Source: a virus | Taxonomy: Duplodnaviria > Caudoviricetes | Strand: one strand, 5' to 3' | Virus record (IMG/VR): IMGVR_UViG_3300037465_000688 | Location: 1 to 33,610 of that record | DNA length: 33,610 nt | Shown: positions 25,331 through 33,610 of the stretch, in pieces | Layout: the number at the start of each line of letters is the position of its first letter | Position numbering within the stretch: position 1 is the stretch's first letter | Translations under genes and position numbers: made by a program | Notes under the pieces: generated by a model | Seen by the model: the letters and a program-made list of their open reading frames with translations, nothing else | Told to the model about the DNA's origin: nothing | The model's database searches: none

Positions 25331-28300
25331 ATGTCCGATTACCTCGGCAACATCCCCGTGCCGGAGATCGTCGTCTCCGGCGTTTTCCCGATCGTTCCGG
25401 AATTCCCGCACGGACGCGCGCACGCGCCAGAGGTGATCGTCCACCAGTTCGGAAGCGCCAACGCCAAGATCGAGCAGCGATTCCTTCTGGGAACGGGCGC
25501 GAAGCGCTTCACCGTCCGCCGCGCGCGCCTTAAGGAATCCGAGCGCGTCGCCCTCCGCGACTTCTGGGACAACCACTACGGTCCCTACGGCGCGTTCACC
25601 TACAATGCGCCGAATGACGACGGCTCGGGAACGACGCCGTTCGCCTGCCGCTTCGAAAACGAGCCACTCTCGTGGGAGATGATCTCCGATGCAGTGTGCT
25701 CGGTCGGCATAACGCTGGTCGAGATCCCGGCCACATCGCCAACGTACACTCTCAACCAGACCCTCTCCCGTTTCCCATCGAGCGCCCTCGCAACAGCTTT
25801 GCTCTCGCAGGTGCAGGAGCTGATCCCGCTCGTCAAGATCCAGCCGAACCAGGCGGGCTACCCGGCGATCCATGTTTCCGACCGCCGGTGTACCATTGGC
25901 AACCAACTCTACCAGGCGCGCCTGCTCGACTTCGACGGCATCTCGCAATCCCTCGGGAACGAAGCCGACGAAGCGCGCTTCACTTTCGGCAACGCCGATC
26001 GCGTCATGCGCGACCTGGCCAACGATGTCGACCTGTTCCGCGCCGCGATTGAGTTCAGCCTGTTTCACGTCTCGACCGGCATCAAGCTCGACCTGTGGCG
26101 CGGCGACATCGTCAACTGGTCGATGGACGCAGGTCCCGAGTTCCAGGTGACCGCCGCCGACGGCCTGTACGAGTTGAACCTGCCGTACCCGACCCGCCGT
26201 ATCTCACGCACCTGCTGGAAGCAGTTCAACGACGGCCTTGGCTGCCCCTTCGCGACGCAAGGCGCGCTGGACCTCGTGAACTTCCCCGACGCCGATCCCA
26301 CCAAGTGCGACAAGGGCTACGACACCGCGAACGGTTGCCGCGCCCATGGCATGAATCCCTACTACGGCGGGATCATCGCCAAGCCGCAGGGCGTCCGCAT
26401 CAAGGACAATTCCACCGGCGTCTGGGGCTTCGGCCGCTCGACGATCACCAGCGTGTCGCTGATCGCGGACTCGATTTACGACGAAGTGCTGCCCGAGATC
26501 TACACCGACTCCGGCATGCCTGTGAATTGCAAGATCGCCGCGGGCCGCGACGAGAGTGATTTCTATGCCGCGCTGGGGATCGTCGGCGAGGGTCCGATCG
26601 GATCATTCGGAAGCGGGCACAAGCTCGACGGGCAGTTTCATCACGGCTATCCCGGTGCGCTTGGGCTGCTTCTGGCTACGGGCCTTGATCCCAATCCTGT
26701 TCCCTTTGGAATGGACACCGACGCTCCGGTGGAGCGCGCCGCGGGCACGGCCTTCCTCATGATCCGCCGTGCGGACGCCAAAGGGATTCAGCCCTCGCGG
26801 CCAGCCGAGCATGCGATGCAGGCCGTCGTGAGCCAGGGGCTGACCGGCTGGGTTTGGACCGAGCCGGGAGCGCGCTCGCAACAGGTGCTGACGAATCCGG
26901 TTTGGATCGCCGTCAACATGCTCCTACGCGCTCGTGGGCTGCGGTTTGCCGACGCGGCCACTGCCGAGCAGTACTTCGACGTGAACGCCGCGATCGCCGC
27001 TGCATCTATCTGCGACGAGCAGGTGAACAAGCTTGTGGGAACGGGGACGGAGACGCAGTTCAAGTTCCGCGGCGTGCTCCAGGAAGAAAAGCCTCTGCGC
27101 GACTGGATACAGGAAGTCTTGATGAACTGCCTGGGCTACTATTCGTTCGCCTTCGGCAAGCTCAAGGTCGGTATTCGCGTGAACTCCTCCGTGGTCGAGC
27201 CGTTTACGATGGGCAATATCCTTTTTCAGAGCCTGCAACTGGCTCCCATGCGGCCCGCCTTCAATCACCTGACGGCCAACTTCGCCGATGAAGAGTTCGA
27301 GTTCGTCAACAACTCGATCACGCTGTACGACATGGATCATGCCAAGCTTATCGGTGGCGCGGTTTCGCCTCTGTTCCTGAAGTCGAACGTCAACCTGTCA
27401 GGCGCGGCGAGCAAGTCGCAGGCGGCGCGCATCATCACCACGCGCCTGCGCGAAGAGCTAGGCGGGATCACGCCGGCGGAGTGGAAGGCCGCGCGGCAGG
27501 TTTCGTTCCGTACCACAGTCCTGGCCCTGAACACCGAGCCGGGCATGGTGTGCTTGATGACGCATCCCGACATGCCGGGCGGCTATGGCGAGTTCCGCGT
27601 CACCGGTTGGCGTCTGAACCGCGACTACTCGATCGACATCCAGGGCCGCACCACGACGGATGCGATGTACGACCTGGTCATTGGGCCGAAGCCCGCCGAT
27701 GTGCCCGCCGATCCGGTTCCGCCGGAGCCCGGCTTCACCGACAACGCCGCGCCGCCGGAGCCGGTATTCGGGATCGCACCGCAGGCCGGCGTGCTGTTGA
27801 TCGCCGGCGTCGGTTTCACGGACCTCACGAACACTAAGACGATTTCCACGCTCACGTTTACCGTCTGGCACTTCGATGAGACGGCACCGATCCAGACGAC
27901 CCTGGCGGCCGGGATCAGCGATTCGGACACCTCGATCAGTGCCGCAAGCCTGGGTTCGTTCAGCGAGGGCGACCTCGCCCTGCTCGACGCGGAGATCGTC
28001 AAGCTCGTTTCGATCAACGGGAACAGCGCCGAGATTGAGCGCGCCGCGAAAGAATCAACCGCCACCGCCCACAACGTCGGCGCGAAGCTGATTCGCCTCG
28101 ACAAACGCCTGTTCATCTACAACGTCCCGAAAAACTTCTATGGCACGCCCGAGTCGGGCGCGTGGGAGGCGCGCGAGCCGTTCCGCTGCATGGCCGTTTG
28201 CGCCGTGGAACTCTATGTCACCAATATCCACGGCAACTCACCAGTGGCCGTGAACAACTACACGAGCGGGTTCCTCGACGGCCGCATCCGCATCCTGAGT

Positions 28301-28630
28301 GGCGAGCAGGTGGACCTGATCGTCGAAGGCGTCATCGGAATCGAAAGCGACGCCGTCCCGCCGGTCTACCTGCGCCAGGCGACCTCGATCCGCGACATCT
28401 ACGCCTACTGCAAGACCGCGCCGCAGGATGGCAACATCAACGCCGTCGTGAAGGTGGACGGCGTTGCCATCGGCACCGTAGTCATCAACGACGGCCAGAC
28501 GTTTCCGGCCAACTCGATCGACGGCAAGGACCTACCCGCGATCCAGCCCACGCAGTCCATCACACTGGACATCACCGCCGTTGGGAGCACATTTCCGGGC
28601 GAACGCCTTGTCGTAACGATACGGTTGTAG
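25331..28630 (+). CDS. Fused tail tip protein (Dit-like + gpL/hub-like Cys cluster + gpJ-like)
   Basis: LRDFWDNHYGPYGAFTY; CWKQF..GCPF..CDKGYDTANGC; TNPVW, ICDEQV and FKFRGVL..LRDWIQEVL gpJ-type motifs. Confidence 0.82.
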   Translation: MSDYLGNIPVPEIVVSGVFPIVPEFPHGRAHAPEVIVHQFGSANAKIEQRFLLGTGAKRFTVRRARLKESERVALRDFWDNHYGPYGAFTYNAPNDDGSGTTPFACRFENEPLSWEMISDAVCSVGITLVEIPATSPTYTLNQTLSRFPSSALATALLSQVQELIPLVKIQPNQAGYPAIHVSDRRCTIGNQLYQARLLDFDGISQSLGNEADEARFTFGNADRVMRDLANDVDLFRAAIEFSLFHVSTGIKLDLWRGDIVNWSMDAGPEFQVTAADGLYELNLPYPTRRISRTCWKQFNDGLGCPFATQGALDLVNFPDADPTKCDKGYDTANGCRAHGMNPYYGGIIAKPQGVRIKDNSTGVWGFGRSTITSVSLIADSIYDEVLPEIYTDSGMPVNCKIAAGRDESDFYAALGIVGEGPIGSFGSGHKLDGQFHHGYPGALGLLLATGLDPNPVPFGMDTDAPVERAAGTAFLMIRRADAKGIQPSRPAEHAMQAVVSQGLTGWVWTEPGARSQQVLTNPVWIAVNMLLRARGLRFADAATAEQYFDVNAAIAAASICDEQVNKLVGTGTETQFKFRGVLQEEKPLRDWIQEVLMNCLGYYSFAFGKLKVGIRVNSSVVEPFTMGNILFQSLQLAPMRPAFNHLTANFADEEFEFVNNSITLYDMDHAKLIGGAVSPLFLKSNVNLSGAASKSQAARIITTRLREELGGITPAEWKAARQVSFRTTVLALNTEPGMVCLMTHPDMPGGYGEFRVTGWRLNRDYSIDIQGRTTTDAMYDLVIGPKPADVPADPVPPEPGFTDNAAPPEPVFGIAPQAGVLLIAGVGFTDLTNTKTISTLTFTVWHFDETAPIQTTLAAGISDSDTSISAASLGSFSEGDLALLDAEIVKLVSINGNSAEIERAAKESTATAHNVGAKLIRLDKRLFIYNVPKNFYGTPESGAWEAREPFRCMAVCAVELYVTNIHGNSPVAVNNYTSGFLDGRIRILSGEQVDLIVEGVIGIESDAVPPVYLRQATSIRDIYAYCKTAPQDGNINAVVKVDGVAIGTVVINDGQTFPANSIDGKDLPAIQPTQSITLDITAVGSTFPGERLVVTIRL

Positions 28631-28656
28631 ACGGACACTCCGTTGTATGGCAAGAT
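28628..28656 (+). promoter_or_regulatory. Possible sigma70 promoter for the TIR moron
   Basis: TAGACG-17 bp-CAAGAT with TG extended -10, ending 10 nt before the ATG. Confidence 0.35.
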
Positions 28657-28666
28657 TATATGAGGC

Positions 28667-29356
28667 ATGGGTGCCAAGCCTCCGTCAGCACGACCGTCCC
28701 TGTTTGTCGGTTCCTCGTCCGAAGGGTTGGAGGTTGCCCGCGCGATTGAGTACCTTCTGCACGAGGACTGCGAAGTAACCCTCTGGAACGAGGGAGTGTT
28801 CGGACTTGGCCAGACCACGCTCGAAGCTCTGGTAAACGCCCTTGAGCGGTTCGATTTTGCCGTGCTCGTTCTGACCCCGGACGACGTGGTCCTCAGTCGC
28901 AACGTTGAACGCCTTGCGCCGCGCGACAATTTGATGTTTGAACTCGGTCTTTTCATGGGCCGGTTGGGTCGGTCGCGTACATTCGTCGTTTGCGAGAGGT
29001 CTGAGCAAATGAAACTGCCTAGCGACCTTGCGGGCGTTACCATTGCAAGGTTCGATCGAGACCGGCAAGACGGGAACCTGATCGCGGCGCTTGGCCCCAG
29101 TTGTTCGCTGGTGCGCAAATCCATCAAAGACCTTGGTATATCCGAATTGCGAAGCGCTCGACACCTCGAAAATGCGACAACGCAAGTCGAGGGCATCTCG
29201 GAGAAAATGACTCACCTCGTCAACCTGCTCGCAAGATCCAGGATTCTCGAACTCGACGTGATCGACAAACAACTGGGCTTCATGCTACCAGCTGACTTCT
29301 TAGAGAATCTTCGCAAAGACCTTCAGGATCTCGCCGAAGCGACCAAGAATACATAG
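28667..29356 (+). CDS. Moron: Cap12/Pycsar-type TIR-domain protein, no STING or cNMP domain
   Basis: LFVGSSSEGLEVA..WNEGVFGLGQTTLEAL..FDFAVLVLTPDD..PRDNLMFELGLFMGRLG..KLPSDLAGVT; catalytic Glu present. Confidence 0.92.
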   Translation: MGAKPPSARPSLFVGSSSEGLEVARAIEYLLHEDCEVTLWNEGVFGLGQTTLEALVNALERFDFAVLVLTPDDVVLSRNVERLAPRDNLMFELGLFMGRLGRSRTFVVCERSEQMKLPSDLAGVTIARFDRDRQDGNLIAALGPSCSLVRKSIKDLGISELRSARHLENATTQVEGISEKMTHLVNLLARSRILELDVIDKQLGFMLPADFLENLRKDLQDLAEATKNT

Positions 29357-29409
29357 CTGGTTTGGAGAGTCCTCCTTGGCCGGAGGTATGCACGTAGTGA
29401 CCCGAACTT

Positions 29410-32400
29410 ATGGAGACCATCCACAAGCTCCAGCCCGCCCGGACCGTCCACCTTCAGGGCTTCAATGACTTCGGGGCGGCCGCCGCCCTCCATTCCACCA
29501 GCGATACCGGCTTCAAGGTCTCCGGTGTCTTCCGCGACGCCGGCGACTTCTGCGTCCTCGTCCTCTGGGACCGCGACGACTTCTTCGGCCACCCGCGCTT
29601 CTCCTACCTGCCCGACCCCGATTTCTCGGACATCGTCCTCACCTTCGATCTCACCTACGAGAACCTCCAGCCCATCGACTCCACGAAATTCGCCACCATC
29701 GACTGGCCCTACCTGAACTGCCTCAAGACCGACGGCTCCCTCAAGCAGATCCGCCTGTTCGACCATGCCACCCAGGTCGGCGGCGACTACACCACAGCCG
29801 ACGGCCCCTTCACGCTCATCGACGCCGGGATGCAGGCCTTCGACCGGGTGACCCTGTGGTATCAGAACCTCGCCTTCGACTACATCGTCCCCGGCAAGGT
29901 CGACATCGAGTTCCCGTTCTTCGCCGCGGGCTCCGGCACCGTCCATTCGATAACCGTCGCCGGCACAACCTACAACTACACGGAACAGCCCGGCGATGGC
30001 AGCGCCGATGTCGCCAATGCGCTGGTGGCGGCGGTGAATGGAGCACCGGACCCCAATGTAGACGCCTCAATCGGCAGCCAGGTGCATATGGTGAAGCTCG
30101 TTCGCAAGCTCGACACCGGTGCCAGCTTCACGGTCTCGGCCTCCGGGAGCGGCGCAGACACGCTTTACCACGTCAAGGACACCACCATCTGCCGCGACAT
30201 CCGCGACCAGATCAACAGTCTCGACTGGGAATCGCTCGGCGTTCTCATCCCGCTGTCGGCCACCGCCTCGGGGAACCAGCTCACCATCGCCGCCGCTCGG
30301 CCCGGCTACGACGGCAACATGATGCGCCTGTACGAGCTTCACAAGAACGCGAACCTGTACTTCACTCCAGCGGTGGTCCAGCTCGCGGGCGGCTCATCGG
30401 ACGCCACGTGGCGCGTCACCATCGATTTTTCGGCGGAAGACGCGGACAGCCTTCACAAGATATGGATGACGTTCGCGCCGAAGCTGGCAGACTCGGCGGC
30501 CTATGAGGACCAGGAGTGGGAGGCCACCTTTTCCAACTGGACCGTGGATGACCCGCTCGGCAAGCGGGCGCTCAAGGTCGCGGGACCGCTTTCCGTGCGC
30601 ATTGAGGAGAACGATTCCTGGGTGCGGTACACGGGCTTCTGGGAATGGTCGCCGCCCCAGTTCTTCAGCCAAGGCCGCGCGCTGCGGGCCGCGCAGACCA
30701 ATGCGACGGCAACCGTCGAGACACACTGCAATGCCACGCACGACATCTACCTCGGCACGCGGCTCGATTTCGATTGCGGAATCGTCGAGGTGCGGCTGGA
30801 TGGCGGTGCGCCAGTACAGCTCAATTGCTACGACGAAGCCGCCAAGGCCCGGCAGGTTCGCCGCAAGGTGTTCTCGAACGTTTCCGCGGGTCAGCACTCG
30901 GTGGAGATCCGGCTCACGGGCACCAAGAACACCGCCAGCCAGGGCTTTTACTACTATTTCGACTTTCTGGAGTGCGCCGTGCCGTCCGGCGTGCCGGACC
31001 CGCCCGCTACGCACACCGACGTCGGCGTGGCCTGCGACTACGGCACCGATCACACCTACAAGCTCTCGCCGCAGCGCCTCGTCTGGGCGATCCGCAAGCT
31101 CGGCCTGATCGGGGAGATTGATCACTACGTCTCTGTCTTCTGGTGGAACCAGCGTCGGCGGGTCGGTGGGACCTTCCCCAGCGTGACGGTCACCTACGGC
31201 GGAAGCTGGGCCGGCGGCGACGAAGCGTTCCTGACGATCGGGGGCACGACCATCGGCAAAAGTGTCTTCCCGGCGGACACACCAGATACCATCGCCGCAC
31301 ATTTCGTCTACTACATCAACGCGACGTTCGTCGGTGTCTGGGCCGAGGCCTCGGGCGGCGTGCTCACGATCACGGTCCGGTCGCCCGCCCCTGCGTATTC
31401 GTTCAGCTTCTCGGAGTCCCACACATCCGCGGGCGGAACCGTCAGCGTCTCAGGCTCGCTCACGGGAGGCGTTATGGGCGAGTGGGTGATCGATGATACC
31501 GTAACGCCAGTCCTCAACCGCGCCGCGCGCGACTGGCACGCCGACTACTTCGCCGAGCTGGTGGCGAATGATATGACGTGCGTGGTCGCATTCAGCCAGG
31601 AACTCGTGCTGCCGCCCGACGATCCGCCGACCGCCGTTTGGGTGCAACGCTACCCGGACGGCAATCCGGTGGCCACCGCAACGGGCTTCGGCAACAAACT
31701 CTCGAACCATTGCGCCTTCGCTCCTCCGTTCCGCGACTATATCAAGCAGGCTTACGACGAGATGGCCGATCTGATGGAAGCCGCAGGGTTGACCGCCCGT
31801 CTGCAATTCGGAGAGGTCCTGTGGTGGTACTTTGCCAACGCCTCGGGCATGGCCTTCTACGACGCCTACACCACCGATCGATTTCAGACCGCGCACGGCC
31901 GCGCGCTGCACACGTTCCTGACGCCGAATGACGATCCGTCGGTGAACAGCTACCTGGACGCCGACTTCCTGCGCGAGACCGTGAAGGATCACGTTGACGC
32001 GATCCGCTCCTACGTCCTCGCGGCGCACCCGAACGCGAAGTTCGAACTGCTCTGGCCGCTTGACGTGAACGATCCGGCCACGCGCCAGCTCAACCGCTAC
32101 ATCAACCTGCCGACCCAGTGGGAAACGAAATCAGGTTCGGGCTTCGACACGTTTATGATCGAAGGCTTCCAGTTCGCAGGCATCGACCGCAACCTCGACA
32201 AAGTCCGTTGGATGGCAGGCTACCCTTTCGAGGTCCTCTCCTGGCCTCGCATCGATTGCCGGTACATGATGGGCCACTTCAACGCAGGCTGGCCGTGGGA
32301 GCGAGACTACTTCGCAGGCCTGCGTTCAGGCGTGTCTCGGGTTAAACTCTGGGCCTTCGATCAACTATGTCTGTTCGCGCGAAACCTGCCCCTCCCCCAT

Positions 32401-32424
32401 CCCCCCCGAATCTTCCGTGCCTGA
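29410..32424 (+). CDS. Large tail-associated protein: carbohydrate-binding-like domains + C-terminal glycoside-hydrolase-like TIM barrel
   Basis: GIVEVRLDGG..GQHSVEIRL..YFDFLE jelly-roll pattern; LNRAARDWHADY and LQFGEVLWW resemble GTA/non-contractile tail sheath TIM-barrel proteins. Confidence 0.68.
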   Translation: METIHKLQPARTVHLQGFNDFGAAAALHSTSDTGFKVSGVFRDAGDFCVLVLWDRDDFFGHPRFSYLPDPDFSDIVLTFDLTYENLQPIDSTKFATIDWPYLNCLKTDGSLKQIRLFDHATQVGGDYTTADGPFTLIDAGMQAFDRVTLWYQNLAFDYIVPGKVDIEFPFFAAGSGTVHSITVAGTTYNYTEQPGDGSADVANALVAAVNGAPDPNVDASIGSQVHMVKLVRKLDTGASFTVSASGSGADTLYHVKDTTICRDIRDQINSLDWESLGVLIPLSATASGNQLTIAAARPGYDGNMMRLYELHKNANLYFTPAVVQLAGGSSDATWRVTIDFSAEDADSLHKIWMTFAPKLADSAAYEDQEWEATFSNWTVDDPLGKRALKVAGPLSVRIEENDSWVRYTGFWEWSPPQFFSQGRALRAAQTNATATVETHCNATHDIYLGTRLDFDCGIVEVRLDGGAPVQLNCYDEAAKARQVRRKVFSNVSAGQHSVEIRLTGTKNTASQGFYYYFDFLECAVPSGVPDPPATHTDVGVACDYGTDHTYKLSPQRLVWAIRKLGLIGEIDHYVSVFWWNQRRRVGGTFPSVTVTYGGSWAGGDEAFLTIGGTTIGKSVFPADTPDTIAAHFVYYINATFVGVWAEASGGVLTITVRSPAPAYSFSFSESHTSAGGTVSVSGSLTGGVMGEWVIDDTVTPVLNRAARDWHADYFAELVANDMTCVVAFSQELVLPPDDPPTAVWVQRYPDGNPVATATGFGNKLSNHCAFAPPFRDYIKQAYDEMADLMEAAGLTARLQFGEVLWWYFANASGMAFYDAYTTDRFQTAHGRALHTFLTPNDDPSVNSYLDADFLRETVKDHVDAIRSYVLAAHPNAKFELLWPLDVNDPATRQLNRYINLPTQWETKSGSGFDTFMIEGFQFAGIDRNLDKVRWMAGYPFEVLSWPRIDCRYMMGHFNAGWPWERDYFAGLRSGVSRVKLWAFDQLCLFARNLPLPHPPRIFRA

Positions 32425-32644
32425 AATCATGAATCGCGCAAAGCCTGCTGCGACCCTCGCGGAGAGGACAATTCCGCGCGTCACCTCGAATGAGCCTAGC
32501 CTTAGCCTAAACCTACACCTCTTCCTCCCCCTGGCCCCCCAATCAGCTCAGCGAAACGAACTCCTTTGGCCTGCGCTTGGCCAATTACCCGTAGTATACT
32601 CCTAGGGGTCCCGAACAGCCATACCTGCCTGACTGGAGAGTTCA

Positions 32645-33610
32645 ATGAGCGATGCAGCACCTGCGAGTCGCGCCCCGGGAGCCGAGGAATTTGAGCCGGG
32701 GGCAGATCCCAAACAGTGGATCGAGCAACATGCCGGCCCGTACAGGGAACGGCCAGTGGCCGTTCTGCGGGAGATCTTGCAAAACGCGTCGGACATCCTT
32801 GGCAAACTGACTGGGGAACCTCGGATCATCGAGGTGGCAATCCTCAGCCCCCCGCAGCTCGGTGGCTCGGGGATGTATCACTTGGCCGTCAGAGATTCCG
32901 GGCGTGGTATGACCGAAGAACAGTTTTACAAGGAAATCGGGATCCTTGGCGTGAGCACTAAGAAGGGGGACATCTCCGCCATCGGCGAGTTCGGAGTCGG
33001 ATTCTACTCGACGCACGCCATCTGCACCGAGGTGACCATCATCTCAAGGACGCAGAATCCTAGTACGACCACAGCATGGACCTATGTTCAGGAGTCCAAG
33101 AAGTTTGTGCGTCCCCACGCCGACGTCTTGAAGACGTTGTTGGAAAGCGATTTTGAGCGCCACCCCCTTTCGTCCCGACAGCGTCAAACGGGGACGTCGG
33201 TCTACCTTGCTCTTGATCTGACCAATTATCCCCGCTGCGAAGACTGGCTTCAAGGGGGGACACTTGCGAAAGAGATCCGTAGAGATTGCATACTGTTGCC
33301 AGCTCGAGTGTTCATCGCTGACTACTCCACCGACCGCACGGGCGCCACAATACTTGATTTCCATCGGCGCGACCTTCGTGACGTTTCGCTCAGCCTGGAA
33401 CACGCTCCTTGGGAATCAGATGGCCTTGACAAGCGGGGCGCAATCGAAGAATGGTATCGAAGCCGCTTGCCATACACGCAATCGAAAGACTATCCGAAAG
33501 AGACGTTCGTCTTCTCGAAGGCCGTTGGTGGTGGGAAAGTGGAAGGATTCCTGTATCTCTTTGAAGGTCACGGGGATCTCGAATGTGTTCTTGAAGCGAA
33601 TGCGAGTTGA
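32645..33610 (+). CDS. Hsp90/HtpG-like GHKL ATPase, probably frameshifted near 33584
   Basis: LREILQNASD; VRDSGRGMT; IGEFGVGFYS; GTSVYL. Only 321 aa, and the +1 frame continues VFLKRMRV. Confidence 0.85.
   Translation: MSDAAPASRAPGAEEFEPGADPKQWIEQHAGPYRERPVAVLREILQNASDILGKLTGEPRIIEVAILSPPQLGGSGMYHLAVRDSGRGMTEEQFYKEIGILGVSTKKGDISAIGEFGVGFYSTHAICTEVTIISRTQNPSTTTAWTYVQESKKFVRPHADVLKTLLESDFERHPLSSRQRQTGTSVYLALDLTNYPRCEDWLQGGTLAKEIRRDCILLPARVFIADYSTDRTGATILDFHRRDLRDVSLSLEHAPWESDGLDKRGAIEEWYRSRLPYTQSKDYPKETFVFSKAVGGGKVEGFLYLFEGHGDLECVLEANAS

Larger units (their letters stand above)
206..32424 (+). mobile_element. Lambda-like (cos, GpA terminase) siphovirus prophage; boundaries approximate, right end probably outside the window
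   Basis: Colinear replication, packaging, head and tail genes in lambda order (Nu1-A-W-B-C/Nu3-D-E-FI-FII...V-G/T-H). Confidence 0.93.

Noticed and set aside
28667-29356. CBASS, Pycsar or Thoeris operon
   Set aside because: No cyclase, STING, cNMP-binding or ThsA-like partner in the window.
23351-32424. Diversity-generating retroelement or invertible tail-fibre cassette
   Set aside because: No reverse transcriptase or invertase, and no template/variable repeat pair noticed by eye.
402-32424. Gene transfer agent or P4-like satellite
   Set aside because: It has its own replication gene, a cos site, a long tape measure and a full head-tail set, which fits an autonomous temperate phage.

Overview
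Almost the whole window is one high-GC, lambda-like siphovirus prophage read on the + strand. The order is: PrimPol/P4-type primase-helicase with a flanking iteron inverted repeat (likely ori), MerR-like regulator, small genes, a lambda-like cos site, ParB-DNA methyltransferase, DUF3489, terS/terL(GpA), gpW, portal, S49 protease with nested scaffold, gpD, gpE capsid, connector genes, tail tube, tail chaperone with a -1 frameshift extension missing from the ORF track, tape measure, Dit-like protein, beta-helix fibre with a signal-peptide-like N-terminus, fused tail-tip protein, and a large TIM-barrel tail-associated protein. Four AT-richer cargo cassettes sit between structural genes: an NDT/TIR-like protein, hicBA, a wHTH fusion protein and a stand-alone Cap12-type TIR. 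An Hsp90-like ATPase, apparently frameshifted, closes the window. No integrase, CI-type repressor or lysis genes are visible. A tRNA-3'-end-like junction near 206-233 may be the left attachment site. The host may be an acidobacterium, but that is inference from family resemblance only. All calls come from reading motifs by eye; no searches were run.
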